This document shows, in pieces, positions 7,805 to 16,689 of a stretch of 32,575 nucleotides of DNA (positions are counted from its first letter, which is position 1; each line of letters starts with the position of its first letter). Origin of the DNA: a virus (taxonomy: Duplodnaviria; Heunggongvirae; Uroviricota; Caudoviricetes). The notes under the pieces were generated by a model. It was not told the origin of the DNA. It did not search any database and saw nothing but the letters and a program-made list of their open reading frames with translations. The stretch lies in the IMG/VR virus record IMGVR_UViG_2711768076_000008; one strand, given 5' to 3'. The position numbers were made by a program, and so were the translations under genes.

Positions 7805-8182
7805 ATGACAGAATGCATAGAGTTTGTTTTGCCTTACCCGCCGACGGTGAACACCTACTGGCGCCGTCGTGGTAGTACATATTTTGTATCAAAAGCTGGT
7901 GAGCGTTATCGCCATGATGTGGAGCTTATTGTTCGCCAGCAGCGACTGAAATTAAATCTGTCCGGTAGGTTGGCAATCAGGATTATTGCAGAGCCACCGG
8001 ATAAGCGCCGCCGCGACCTGGACAATATCCTGAAGGCACCACTGGATGCGCTGACACATGCAGGACTGCTTATCGACGATGAGCAGTTTGACGAAATCAA
8101 TATAGTGCGCGGTTTGCCTGTTCCTGGTGGGCGACTGGGCGTGAATATTTTCGTAATAAGAGGTAGTAATGATGGTGCGTGA
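7805..8182 (+). CDS. rusA: RusA-family Holliday junction resolvase
   Basis: 125 aa with the conserved DKRRRDLDN segment; start overlaps the upstream stop. Confidence 0.85.
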   Translation: MTECIEFVLPYPPTVNTYWRRRGSTYFVSKAGERYRHDVELIVRQQRLKLNLSGRLAIRIIAEPPDKRRRDLDNILKAPLDALTHAGLLIDDEQFDEINIVRGLPVPGGRLGVNIFVIRGSNDGA

Positions 8183-8540
8183 TATTCAGATGGTTCTTGA
8201 GCGGTGGGGGGCATGGGCTGCGAGTGATAGCTCTGGGGTAGACTATTCACCTATAGCAGCTGGTTTTAAGGGGCTTATGCCGCAGATAAGTAAAACACGA
8301 ATTTCTTGTACAGACGATGACGCTCTTATCATTGAGAGCTGCCTTGCTTTACTAAAAAAGAAAAAACCGTACGAACATTCTCTGATTGTGGCTCATTACC
8401 TATACGGCATCTCGAAACGGAAGATTGCAAAGGCACGCAAAAAAGATGAGAAATTGATACGGATAGAGATCCAGATGGCAGAGGGCTTTATCGATGGCTG
8501 TCTCTCAATGCTTGATGTTCGTCTCGAGATGGAATTGTGA
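8169..8540 (+). CDS. putative late-gene antiterminator (Q-like)
   Basis: 123 aa ORF directly after rusA, the canonical Q position in lambdoid phages; the sequence style fits small Q-family antiterminators. The family call is from context and recollection only. Confidence 0.5.
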   Translation: MMVRDIQMVLERWGAWAASDSSGVDYSPIAAGFKGLMPQISKTRISCTDDDALIIESCLALLKKKKPYEHSLIVAHYLYGISKRKIAKARKKDEKLIRIEIQMAEGFIDGCLSMLDVRLEMEL

Positions 8541-8556
8541 ACCTCTTGAATATTCT

Positions 8557-8582
8557 AAACGGCCTAAGGGCCGTTTTATTCT
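8557..8582. terminator. bidirectional rho-independent terminator between Q (plus) and the convergent minus-strand operon
   Basis: AAACGGCC-TAAG-GGCCGTTT hairpin with T-rich flanks on both strands; the minus-strand gene's stop codon lies inside the 3' arm. Confidence 0.65.
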
Positions 8583-9007
8583 TCTTTAGTAACTTCAATA
8601 GGTAAAACTTCTACATTCTTACCAATGTTAACAATCTTTCTAACAGTTTCTTCCCGATCAGCAATAAGCTCAGCTTTAAATTTCTCGCTTAGATGAGGGC
8701 TTTTCAGTTGCTCATCAATACCTTTTAAATCTCTCTCAAGGCGATTTCTTAGGGCGGCTTCGGCTGGAGACTCAAGTCCATGTCGATTGATAACATACAA
8801 CATAATGTAGGTTAGCATTGCTGACACTAATGGGGCGAGGGCATACAAAAAAGCTCTCCATTCACTATTAGGGTCAGGCGCCAATAGTGGTACCAATGTA
8901 GTTAGAACTGCGCCAATCCCGCCTGTTGTTAGACCAGAATTACTACTTAAAATGCTTTTTTTATCACCGCTCATTATTTGACTGCCTGTGCGCGGTTGCA
9001 TCATCAA
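8576..9007 (-). CDS. small membrane protein, about 2 TM helices and a charged C-terminal tail (gene 3 of the minus-strand operon)
   Basis: Two hydrophobic helices (GGIGAVLTTLVPLLA; FLYALAPLVSAMLTYIMLYVI) then a K/E-rich tail. Start uncertain (ATG at 9004, 9001 or 8974). AT-rich. Confidence 0.55.
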   Translation of the reverse strand: MMMQPRTGSQIMSGDKKSILSSNSGLTTGGIGAVLTTLVPLLAPDPNSEWRAFLYALAPLVSAMLTYIMLYVINRHGLESPAEAALRNRLERDLKGIDEQLKSPHLSEKFKAELIADREETVRKIVNIGKNVEVLPIEVTKEE

Positions 9008-9227
9008 TTAGCTCAACGATCTTCTTTCCATCTTTAGCATCTAAGTGGATAGTAATCGTTTTTTCAAGCATGCGTTCAGCACTGTAAAACCTTAGTTCTA
9101 CGATTTTTGTAGGAAAAATTTTACGCCACAACAACGCGGAACCAGCATAAACAAAGCGATAGAAGGTCGGGAGACTTACAAGCACCCCCAACCAAAAAAC
9201 GATTTGTAAAAGCTGTTGCTGAATCAT
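8964..9227 (-). CDS. small membrane-anchored protein, 1 N-terminal TM helix (gene 2 of the minus-strand operon)
   Basis: 87 aa; N-terminal hydrophobic segment LLQIVFWLGVLVSLPTFY followed by a soluble domain. AT-rich. Confidence 0.55.
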   Translation of the reverse strand: MIQQQLLQIVFWLGVLVSLPTFYRFVYAGSALLWRKIFPTKIVELRFYSAERMLEKTITIHLDAKDGKKIVELIDDATAHRQSNNER

Positions 9228-9242
9228 TAGTTTCTACCAAAG

Positions 9243-10124
9243 CTAGATCAATTTTTTCCCTTGAATCACGCGATGACGAAGTGCTTTCTTGATAACATAC
9301 TTTTCTGTTTGTCCTCGTGCGGAAGTTGTACGTGTTGTTTCTAGAAGCACAGAAAACATATCTTCACTTGTGATCGTTCCCTCTGCTTGCCTTACTTTAG
9401 CTAAAAACTCATAGTCTGTAAGTAGTACGGAGTGCTCATCTTGGTTGTAGTCCATCCTCCACCCCTTCTCACTATGAAAGTTAACTTGGGTAAATTTTAC
9501 ATTAACCTCTTTTTCTTCAACTGTTTTGGTCAAAAGCGTCCCTCTGGGAAGGGGTTTAATCTCTTCAGTTTGCTCTCCTTCAAGCTTGAGCAAAACTTTA
9601 TCATTCTCATCTACAATTTTAAAAATGGGAGAGTCTTTACCATCTAAAGGAGCCTGAACAACAGAAATCAACGCATCCCGAATTGTTGGCTCAGTTACCA
9701 AGGTTGCAACTGCTGATGAGCATTCAATCTCACCATCTTCAAATTCAAGAACAGCCTTATCTGTTCCTGCTTTTTTGGTAATCGAAACAACTTTTTTTGA
9801 GCCTAATTGTCTTATTAACGATAAAGCGGTGGCATGAGCTGTTGCGCCCACAGTTCCAACAATCCCGATAGTTTGCAGAACGTCAATTGCATGCGGTAGG
9901 AGTTGCACTACAGTATATGCAATACCCACAGATCCTTTCTGGATGGGGGCAGTGACTAAAATTTTTACAGATTTGTTGCCCTCATTTAACAAGCTATCAG
10001 CTTTATTAATAAGAGTTGTCATGGAAAGTATTGATTTACCAAGTGTTTCAGCGTCAATAGCATGCTTTGACAATTCTTTATCATTGGCGTCATAAAACAC
10101 CTTAAAGGAAGTTGACTTCTCCAT
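9243..10124 (-). CDS. hypothetical 293-aa protein (gene 1 of the minus-strand operon), no recognisable domain
   Basis: Long intact ORF with an AAGGA SD 7 nt upstream; AT-rich composition unlike the flanking phage genes. No catalytic or nucleotide-binding motif recognised by eye. Confidence 0.6.
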   Translation of the reverse strand: MEKSTSFKVFYDANDKELSKHAIDAETLGKSILSMTTLINKADSLLNEGNKSVKILVTAPIQKGSVGIAYTVVQLLPHAIDVLQTIGIVGTVGATAHATALSLIRQLGSKKVVSITKKAGTDKAVLEFEDGEIECSSAVATLVTEPTIRDALISVVQAPLDGKDSPIFKIVDENDKVLLKLEGEQTEEIKPLPRGTLLTKTVEEKEVNVKFTQVNFHSEKGWRMDYNQDEHSVLLTDYEFLAKVRQAEGTITSEDMFSVLLETTRTTSARGQTEKYVIKKALRHRVIQGKKLI

Positions 10125-10382
10125 GACGGTCCTTGCTATGCCTCATTGATTAATGCATATCTTGTTGATGGCTAAATTTGTAGAGACTTAATTTACCTAG
10201 AAAAGAAGATAAAATCACTAACGCGGTCCGCATTTTCTTGTTTATTGTGTTAAGAGTGGTCACTTCGGCATACAGCTTAAAACCGCTGCCGTGCGTTTTT
10301 TTGTCGTTTATCTCTGATAATTATGGTGAATGCGCTGGTGGAGGAGGTAAGGGTGATTTTTAACCAGGTGATTTTTGAATGC

Positions 10383-10411
10383 TTGCAACATTGATTTCGT
10401 AACGTTATTAT
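10383..10411 (+). promoter_or_regulatory. candidate sigma70-type promoter upstream of the tRNA cluster (possible late promoter pR' equivalent)
   Basis: TTGCAA (10383-10388), 17-bp spacer, TATTAT (10406-11); the first tRNA begins about 10 nt downstream. Confidence 0.45.
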
Positions 10412-10420
10412 CCTGCGCCC

Positions 10421-10496
10421 GGCCCTTTAGCTCAGTGGTGAGAGCGAGCGACTCATAATCGCCAGGTCGCTGGTTCAAATCCAGCAAGGGCCACCA
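10421..10496 (+). tRNA. tRNA with CAU anticodon (Ile2/lysidine type or Met)
   Basis: 7-bp acceptor stem GGCCCTT/AAGGGCC, perfect T arm (GCTGG-TTCAAAT-CCAGC), anticodon loop CTCATAA, CCA end encoded. Resembles the E. coli ileX-type tRNA as I recall it. Confidence 0.8.
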
Positions 10497-10497
10497 A

Positions 10498-10574
10498 CCG
10501 CCACTAGCTCATCAGGAAAGAGCGTCAACCCTTTAAGTTGAGTGTGCGAGGTTCGAGTCCCCGGTGGCGGTCCA
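10498..10574 (+). tRNA. tRNA-like gene, anticodon ambiguous (loop CCTTTAA reads UUU by position but has C at position 33)
   Basis: Acceptor stem CCGCCAC/GTGGCGG, D stem GCTC/GAGC, anticodon stem TCAAC/GTTGA, T stem with one A-C mismatch, CCA encoded. The arms resemble a tRNA-Arg(UCU) scaffold with an altered loop. Confidence 0.55.
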
Positions 10575-10576
10575 GT

Positions 10577-10652
<76 letters not shown>

Positions 10653-10655
10653 TAT

Positions 10656-10730
<75 letters not shown>

Positions 10731-10936
10731 GTTAGAGTCTTTCAGTCTGCGATGATGGGAAAGCCCGGAGTGACTGAAAGACGTTTGGGTTATGAATGAG
10801 CGTCTTTTTTGCAAAATTGCTGTGCAGGAATAACAACCTTCGGGCAGGCGATCATTCATAAGCACTCTGCTTTTATTCCGATTAACTGTGGGTGGTTTGT
10901 TGGATAGAGTGCTTTCCTGACTGTAGATCCAATTTC

Positions 10937-10961
10937 GCCCGCTTTTGCGGGCTTTTCTTTT
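10937..10961 (+). terminator. rho-independent terminator upstream of the holin (candidate tR'-type late terminator)
   Basis: GCCCGC-TTTT-GCGGGC followed by TTTTCTTTT, about 60 bp before the holin start. Confidence 0.6.
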
Positions 10962-11021
10962 CAAATCCCTTTCATCTCTCAGTGTAAAACTACGCCATCC
11001 GTTATTTGCGGAGGTGAGGCT

Positions 11022-11237
11022 ATGAAATCCATGGACAAAATTTCAACTGGCATTGCCTACGGCACCTCCGCAGGCAGTGCTGGCTACTGGTTTTTACAGT
11101 GGCTTGATCAGGTCAGTCCGTCACAGTGGGCTGCGATTGGTGTGCTGGGGAGTCTGGTTCTGGGCTTCCTGACTTATCTGACAAATCTGTACTTCAAAAT
11201 CAGAGAAGACAAGCGTAAGGCTGCGCGGGGAGAGTAA
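11022..11237 (+). CDS. S: class II holin / pinholin, phage 21 S type, with dual start (Met1 and Met4)
   Basis: [29 protein letters not shown]... matches phage 21 S as I recall it; ATG at 11022 and 11031 gives the antiholin/holin dual-start arrangement. Confidence 0.9.
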   Translation: MKSMDKISTGIAYGTSAGSAGYWFLQWLDQVSPSQWAAIGVLGSLVLGFLTYLTNLYFKIREDKRKAARGE

Positions 11238-11241
11238 TTTA

Positions 11242-11592
11242 ATGACTCAAAACTATGAACTGGTTGTTAAGGGAGTCCGCAATTTTGAGAATAAAGTTGC
11301 GGTAACTTTAGCCTTACGGAACAAAGAACGCTTTGACGGTGAAATTTTTGACCTGGACATCACCATGGACCGTGTTGAAGGTGCTGCGCTGGAGTTTTAT
11401 GAGGCAGCAGCCAGAAGGAGAATCAGACAGGTATTTCTGGATGTTGCTGCCAGGTTATGTGAATGGGATGAGCCGTCGCCAGAAAAACGCCCCATAATTT
11501 TTGAGGCGCAGAATGTGTGGGTAACCTACAAAGGAAAGCTACCGGGAAGAATTACTTGTTCTCTGAAGACTCCTCCGGAATCGCAACCTTAA
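11242..11592 (+). CDS. hypothetical protein (116 aa) inserted between holin and endolysin
   Basis: Intact ORF with no lysis-protein motif, lying between S and R. Confidence 0.5.
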   Translation: MTQNYELVVKGVRNFENKVAVTLALRNKERFDGEIFDLDITMDRVEGAALEFYEAAARRRIRQVFLDVAARLCEWDEPSPEKRPIIFEAQNVWVTYKGKLPGRITCSLKTPPESQP

Positions 11593-11655
11593 GCCACTGA
11601 CCGGAACAGATAAACCTGTCCATGGGCAGAAACCGGTAAATTCTGATAAATATCC

Positions 11656-12189
11656 ATGAACGCAAAAATCAAATACGGCCTGTCAGCTGCCGTTCTGGCG
11701 CTGATTGCTGCAGGCGCGTCTGCTCCTCAAATACTTGACCAGTTTCTGGATGAAAAAGAAGGTAACCACACAACGGCATACCGTGATGGTTCTGGCATAT
11801 GGACCATCTGTCGTGGTGCCACAATGGTGGATGGTAAGCCCGTCATACCGGGAATGAAGCTGTCGAAGGAAAAATGCGACCAGGTTAACGCTATTGAACG
11901 TGATAAGGCGCTGGCATGGGTGGAGCGCAATATTAAAGTACCACTGACCGAACCACAGAAAGCGGGTATAGCGTCATTTTGTCCCTATAACATTGGCCCC
12001 GGTAAGTGTTTCCCGTCGACGTTTTATAAGCGGCTGAATGCCGGTGATCGTAAGGGTGCATGCGAGGCGATTCGCTGGTGGATAAAAGATGGTGGGCGCG
12101 ATTGCCGCATACGTTCAAATAACTGCTATGGACAGGTTATTCGTCGTGACCAGGAAAGCGCATTAGCCTGTTGGGGGATAGATCAGTGA
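11656..12189 (+). CDS. R: SAR endolysin (T4-lysozyme-like muramidase with N-terminal signal-anchor-release segment)
   Basis: N-terminal hydrophobic SAR segment ([15 protein letters not shown]) followed by the E-x8-D-x5-T catalytic signature ([16 protein letters not shown]); phage 21 R type. Confidence 0.9.
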   Translation: MNAKIKYGLSAAVLALIAAGASAPQILDQFLDEKEGNHTTAYRDGSGIWTICRGATMVDGKPVIPGMKLSKEKCDQVNAIERDKALAWVERNIKVPLTEPQKAGIASFCPYNIGPGKCFPSTFYKRLNAGDRKGACEAIRWWIKDGGRDCRIRSNNCYGQVIRRDQESALACWGIDQ

Positions 12190-12623
12190 GCAGAGTCGCC
12201 GCGATTATTTATGCTCTGGTTATCTGCATCATCGTCTGCCTGTCGTGGGCGGTCAATCATTACCGTGATAACGCCATCGCCTACAAAGAACAGCGCGACA
12301 AAGCCGCATCCACTATCGCTGACATGCAGAAGCGTCAACGTGATGTAGCAGAACTCGACGCCAGATACACAAAGGAGCTTGCTGATGCTAACGCGACTAT
12401 CGAAAGTCTCCGTGATGATGTTTCTGCTGGGCGTAAGCGGCTGCAAGTCGCCGCCTCCTGTGCAAAGTCAAAGACCGGAGCCAGCGGCATGGGCGATGGA
12501 GAAAGCCCAGGACTTACAGCAGATGCTGAACTCAATTATTACCGTCTCCGAAGTGGAATCGACAAGATAACCGCGCAGGTTAACTACCTGCAGGAATACA
12601 TCAGGACGCAATGCCTGAAATAA
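12186..12623 (+). CDS. Rz: i-spanin Rz
   Basis: [34 protein letters not shown]... closely matches lambda Rz as I recall it. GTG start at 12186 overlapping the endolysin stop; the track ORF uses TTG at 12171. Confidence 0.85.
   Translation: MSRVAAIIYALVICIIVCLSWAVNHYRDNAIAYKEQRDKAASTIADMQKRQRDVAELDARYTKELADANATIESLRDDVSAGRKRLQVAASCAKSKTGASGMGDGESPGLTADAELNYYRLRSGIDKITAQVNYLQEYIRTQCLK
12385..12570 (+). CDS. Rz1: o-spanin Rz1 (lipoprotein) embedded in the +1 frame of Rz
   Basis: AAGGAG SD 7 nt upstream of the ATG; signal peptide with lipobox LLGVSG|C, then a proline-rich mature region. Confidence 0.75.
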   Translation: MLTRLSKVSVMMFLLGVSGCKSPPPVQSQRPEPAAWAMEKAQDLQQMLNSIITVSEVESTR

Positions 12624-12654
12624 TTTTTTTGCAAATCACAAAGTCAATTTAATG

Positions 12655-12678
12655 AGCCTCGCGATGCGGGGCTTTTTT
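12655..12678 (+). terminator. rho-independent terminator after the lysis cassette
   Basis: GCCTCGC-GAT-GCGGGGC followed by TTTTTT. Confidence 0.6.
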
Positions 12679-12825
12679 ATGTCCGCAGTAAACGCGCTTC
12701 ACACGCGCGACTTCTGAACACAGAACCTTTCAGGATGACCCTTGAGGATGCCGGTTTGGTTATCGGTGCCTTTCTGTGGGCCGGAATCCTGTGTGACAAG
12801 GTTCATCACTAAAAGGTAATTACCG

Positions 12826-13380
12826 ATGAATTATCCAACTATCGTTGACGGCATTGACTTCAAAGAACTGGTTTTTATTACCAACAATGACCCTGTCACC
12901 GATTCATTTATGGTGGCGAAAGCATTTCGTAAGCGACATGACAACGTTGTGCGTGATGTAGAAAGAACTATCCCTGCTTGTCCTGAAGAGTTTGATACAA
13001 AACTCAATTTTGAGGTTTGCTATAAAAACAATGAGTTACAGAATGGTAAGCCACAAAAATTCTATCGGCTACGCAAGGATGGGTTGATGCTTTTGGTTAT
13101 GTCCTACACCAAAAAAGAAGCAATGCGTATCAAAATTGCTTACATCAACGCATTCAACTGGATGTACGCCATGCTTCAGGTTGGTCATCGTCAATTTGAA
13201 GAAGAGCGAAACGCCGTAATGCTGGAGTACATGAAAGAAAAGGATGTCGCCAGCATGTCTGGCCGTCTGCTCAATCGCTGGGGAAGAACGAAAAAACCTC
13301 AATTGCTTGCAAAGCTGGAACGTCTGGAGAAGCAAGGACAGTTTTTATTACCGGGATTCGATAAAGGCATTCAAGCCTGA
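12826..13380 (+). CDS. Rha-family phage regulatory protein
   Basis: N-terminus LVFITNNDPVTDSFMVAKAFRKRHDNVVRDVERTI fits the Rha-family signature as I recall it. Confidence 0.65.
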   Translation: MNYPTIVDGIDFKELVFITNNDPVTDSFMVAKAFRKRHDNVVRDVERTIPACPEEFDTKLNFEVCYKNNELQNGKPQKFYRLRKDGLMLLVMSYTKKEAMRIKIAYINAFNWMYAMLQVGHRQFEEERNAVMLEYMKEKDVASMSGRLLNRWGRTKKPQLLAKLERLEKQGQFLLPGFDKGIQA

Positions 13381-13697
13381 CACATCATGCGCTGTATCGT
13401 CGCCGTATTCCCGTATTAACAGAGACCGTAGCCCGACGGGGAACTCCTTCTGCGCGAGTGTGCGGGAATAATCAAAAACGATGCACACCGGGTTTTTACC
13501 GCGTTTATGGTTCGCGGGTTTGTCCCTCATGCTCGCCAGTCCTGTGCGGGGGTGGAAGAAACAGGACACTTACACAGATTCTTGTGGGCACGATGCTATG
13601 CCTTTCTGGATTATCCCGATGCCATTCATGCAAGGCGTTGTATCAGACGTTCGTCAGAGCTGTCAGGCTGACGGGTCCTCCCGGTGGGGTGGCCTGC

Positions 13698-13717
13698 CAC
13701 GGGGCGGGAGCGTCGCG
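13698..13717. other. candidate cos site (cosN-like cohesive-end sequence)
   Basis: ACGGGGCGGGAGCGTCGCGG resembles the lambda cosN region ACGGGGCGGCGACCTCGCGG (recalled from memory), about 170 bp upstream of the small terminase gene. Confidence 0.5.
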
Positions 13718-13886
13718 GAAAAAGGCTAGTTTTTGCATTTTTATCGGCCACCATCATCTTTGCATCTTATTGATTATTAATGGTTATTTTTTTTTGCATG
13801 TCGAATTGAGTGTTTTTTGTTCGACATCGAACGCGTTTTCTTAAAGTTGTTCGCACGATGCATATTTAAAGCTCTCCGGAGGAAAT

Positions 13887-14378
13887 ATGGATCATGAGTT
13901 GAAAAACCTGGTGCTGAATATTAATCAACTGGCGGCTTTATCTGGTCTGCACCGCCAGACTGTCGTGGCAAGACTGAAAAACATTCGTCCCGCTGGTGGA
14001 CATGACAAACTCAAGCTATACCGGTTGACCGATATTCTGACTGAATTTATGGGGTTACCACCGCCGGTTGCTGAGGGCGAAATGGATCCACATGAACGCA
14101 AAGCCTGGTATCAGTCTGAACGTGAGCGTCTTAAGTTCGAACAGGAAACGGCACAACTCATTCCGGCCAGTGATGTCAGACGGGAGTTTGCCATCTGGGC
14201 AAAAGCGGTCGTGCAGGTGCTGGAGACATTACCGGATATTCTTGAACGTGACTGCGGTCTGCAGCCTGCCGCTGTGAGCCGTGTTCAGTCCATTATTGAT
14301 GATCTGCGCGATCAGATAGCCCTGCGGGTGACTGAAGCAGGTGCGGATGATGAGGAGGAATTACAGCAGGAGGAGTAA
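13887..14378 (+). CDS. terminase small subunit (Nu1-like, HTH DNA-binding)
   Basis: 163 aa ORF immediately upstream of and overlapping the large terminase; N-terminal HTH-like region; GGAGG SD. Confidence 0.7.
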   Translation: MDHELKNLVLNINQLAALSGLHRQTVVARLKNIRPAGGHDKLKLYRLTDILTEFMGLPPPVAEGEMDPHERKAWYQSERERLKFEQETAQLIPASDVRREFAIWAKAVVQVLETLPDILERDCGLQPAAVSRVQSIIDDLRDQIALRVTEAGADDEEELQQEE

Positions 14379-16480
14379 TGCTGAATCAGGAAACCGCAAA
14401 GGCAGCACGAACCGATTCAGGTTATATCCTTCGCGCACCGAGACGAATGCGGGTTGCTGATGCCGTTGCTCAGTATATGCGGGTGCCCATGGGGGCAGGG
14501 AACTCAGTCCCGTGGGATCCGCTGGTGGCACCGTATGTTATTGAGCCTATGAACTGCCTGGCCTCGCGTGAATACGACGCAGTGATATTTGTTGGCCCGG
14601 CACGAACCGGCAAGACTATCGGCCTGATTGACGGCTGGGTGATTTACAACGTGATTTGCGATCCTGCTGATATGCTGATCATTCAGATGACGGAGGAAAA
14701 AGCCCGCGAACACTCCAAAAAACGACTCGCCAGAACGTTTCGCGTCAGCCCGGAAGTGGTCAGTCGCCTGAGTCCGAACAAAAATGACAACAACGTTTAT
14801 GACAGAACATTCCTTGCTGGTAACTACCTGAAAATCGGCTGGCCGTCAGTCAATATCATGTCCTCATCAGATTATAAATGCGTGGCGCTGACGGATTATG
14901 ACCGTTTTCCGGAAGATATTGATGGCGAGGGGGATGCCTTCTCTCTTGCCTCAAAACGTACCACCACATTTATGTCCAGTGGTATGACGCTGGTGGAGAG
15001 TTCCCCCGGCAGGGATGTGAAGGATGTGAAATGGCGACGGACTTCACCGCATGAGGCTCCACCAACCACGGGGATACTGTCGCTCTATAACCGTGGCGAT
15101 CGCCGTCGCTGGTACTGGCCCTGTCCACACTGTGGTGAGTATTTTCAGCCCTGCGGCGATGTGGTTGCTGGTTTCCGTGATATTGCCGATCCCGTGCTGG
15201 CAAGTGAGGCGGCTTATATTCAGTGCCCTTCCTGTTCAGGACGGATTATGCCTGAACAAAAACGTGAGCTGAACGGACGTGGGGTCTGGTTGCGGGATGG
15301 TGAATCCATCAATGCGGATGGCAGTCGTTATGGTGATCCCCGACGCTCACGTATTGCGTCATTCTGGATGGAGGGTCCGGCAGCTGCTTACCAGACACTC
15401 TCGCAACTCGTTTACAAACTGCTTACTGCAGAACAGGAATACGAGACAACCGGAAGTGAAGAAACACTCAGGGCGGTTATCAATACCGACTGGGGATTAC
15501 CTTATCTTCCCCGCGCCAGCATGGAGCAACGAAAAAGTGAACTGCTTGAGCAGCGGGCAGAGCCAGTTCCTTCCCGCAGTGTGCCTGATGGCGTTAATTT
15601 CCTTGTGGCGACAGTGGATGTGCAGGCGGGACGTCATCGCCGTTTTGTGGTTCAGGTAACGGGCTATGGCAGCCGTGGCGAACGCTGGATTATTGATCGT
15701 TACAACATCACGCAGTCATTGCGCGGTGACAGCGACGGGGAGAGCCAGCGAATTGATCCGGCCAGCTATCCGGAAGACTGGGATGTCCTGCTGACGGATG
15801 TTTTTCATAAAAGCTGGCCGCTGGCCTCCGATCCTTCTCAACAAATGCGACTGATGGCAATGGCGGTGGACTCCGGCGGTGAAGACGGGGTCACTGATAA
15901 TGCCTATAAATTCTGGCGTCGTTGCCGTCGTGATGGCCTTGGTAAACGTATTTACCTGTTTAAGGGCGACAGCATCCGGCGCGCAAAACTGATCACTCGT
16001 ACATTCCCTGATAACACCGGACGAACGGGCCGACGGGCGCAGGCCTCAGGTGATGTGCCGCTCTGGCTTCTTCAGACGGATGCACTGAAAGACCGGGTGA
16101 ATAACGCGTTATGGCGTGACTCGCCAGGTCCCGGCTATGTGCATTTCCCTGACTGGCTGGGGAGCTGGTTTTACGACGAACTGACGTATGAAGAGCGGAG
16201 CAGTGACGGGAAATGGAGTAAGCCTGGTCGCGGTGCCAACGAAGCTTTTGACCTGATGGTGTATGCCGAGGCTCTGGTCATTCTGCATGGATACGAAAAG
16301 ATCCGCTGGCCGGATGCACCGGAGTGGGCGAGCCGGGAAACCTGGCTGGAGTGTGTCCAGGACAGTACCGAACCGTCATCCTCACCGGAACCGGTATCCA
16401 CGCCTGTTAAAAAACAAAAACGGAAGAAAACAGTAACTGACGATGTTAACCCCTGGCTGACTTCCGGAGGATGGTTATGA
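14378..16480 (+). CDS. terminase large subunit (GpA family)
   Basis: 700 aa with Walker A-like GPARTGKT; size and position match lambda gpA. Confidence 0.85.
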   Translation: MLNQETAKAARTDSGYILRAPRRMRVADAVAQYMRVPMGAGNSVPWDPLVAPYVIEPMNCLASREYDAVIFVGPARTGKTIGLIDGWVIYNVICDPADMLIIQMTEEKAREHSKKRLARTFRVSPEVVSRLSPNKNDNNVYDRTFLAGNYLKIGWPSVNIMSSSDYKCVALTDYDRFPEDIDGEGDAFSLASKRTTTFMSSGMTLVESSPGRDVKDVKWRRTSPHEAPPTTGILSLYNRGDRRRWYWPCPHCGEYFQPCGDVVAGFRDIADPVLASEAAYIQCPSCSGRIMPEQKRELNGRGVWLRDGESINADGSRYGDPRRSRIASFWMEGPAAAYQTLSQLVYKLLTAEQEYETTGSEETLRAVINTDWGLPYLPRASMEQRKSELLEQRAEPVPSRSVPDGVNFLVATVDVQAGRHRRFVVQVTGYGSRGERWIIDRYNITQSLRGDSDGESQRIDPASYPEDWDVLLTDVFHKSWPLASDPSQQMRLMAMAVDSGGEDGVTDNAYKFWRRCRRDGLGKRIYLFKGDSIRRAKLITRTFPDNTGRTGRRAQASGDVPLWLLQTDALKDRVNNALWRDSPGPGYVHFPDWLGSWFYDELTYEERSSDGKWSKPGRGANEAFDLMVYAEALVILHGYEKIRWPDAPEWASRETWLECVQDSTEPSSSPEPVSTPVKKQKRKKTVTDDVNPWLTSGGWL

Positions 16481-16689
16481 ACCAGAATGATATCGAAGCC
16501 ATGATTCAGCGTTATATGGAAGCTGAAATGGCGGTGCTGGACGGAAAATCCGTCACCTTTAATGGTCAGCAGATGACCATGGAAAACTTATCTGAGATCC
16601 GGCAGGGACGGCAGGAGTGGGAGCGCCGCCTTGCGGCTCTGATTACACGACGACGGGGGCATCCCGGGTACCGGCTGGCGAGGTTCTGA
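16477..16689 (+). CDS. W: gpW-like head-tail joining protein
   Basis: 70 aa ending RRRGHPGY, similar to the lambda gpW C-terminus; ATGA overlap with the terminase stop. Confidence 0.7.
   Translation: MNQNDIEAMIQRYMEAEMAVLDGKSVTFNGQQMTMENLSEIRQGRQEWERRLAALITRRRGHPGYRLARF

Noticed and set aside
13458-13844. 128-aa and 82-aa ORFs in the region before the small terminase
   Set aside because: The region contains the cos-like sequence, homopolymer runs and inverted repeats, and the translations are Cys/Gly/Arg-rich. Treated as non-coding packaging/regulatory DNA.
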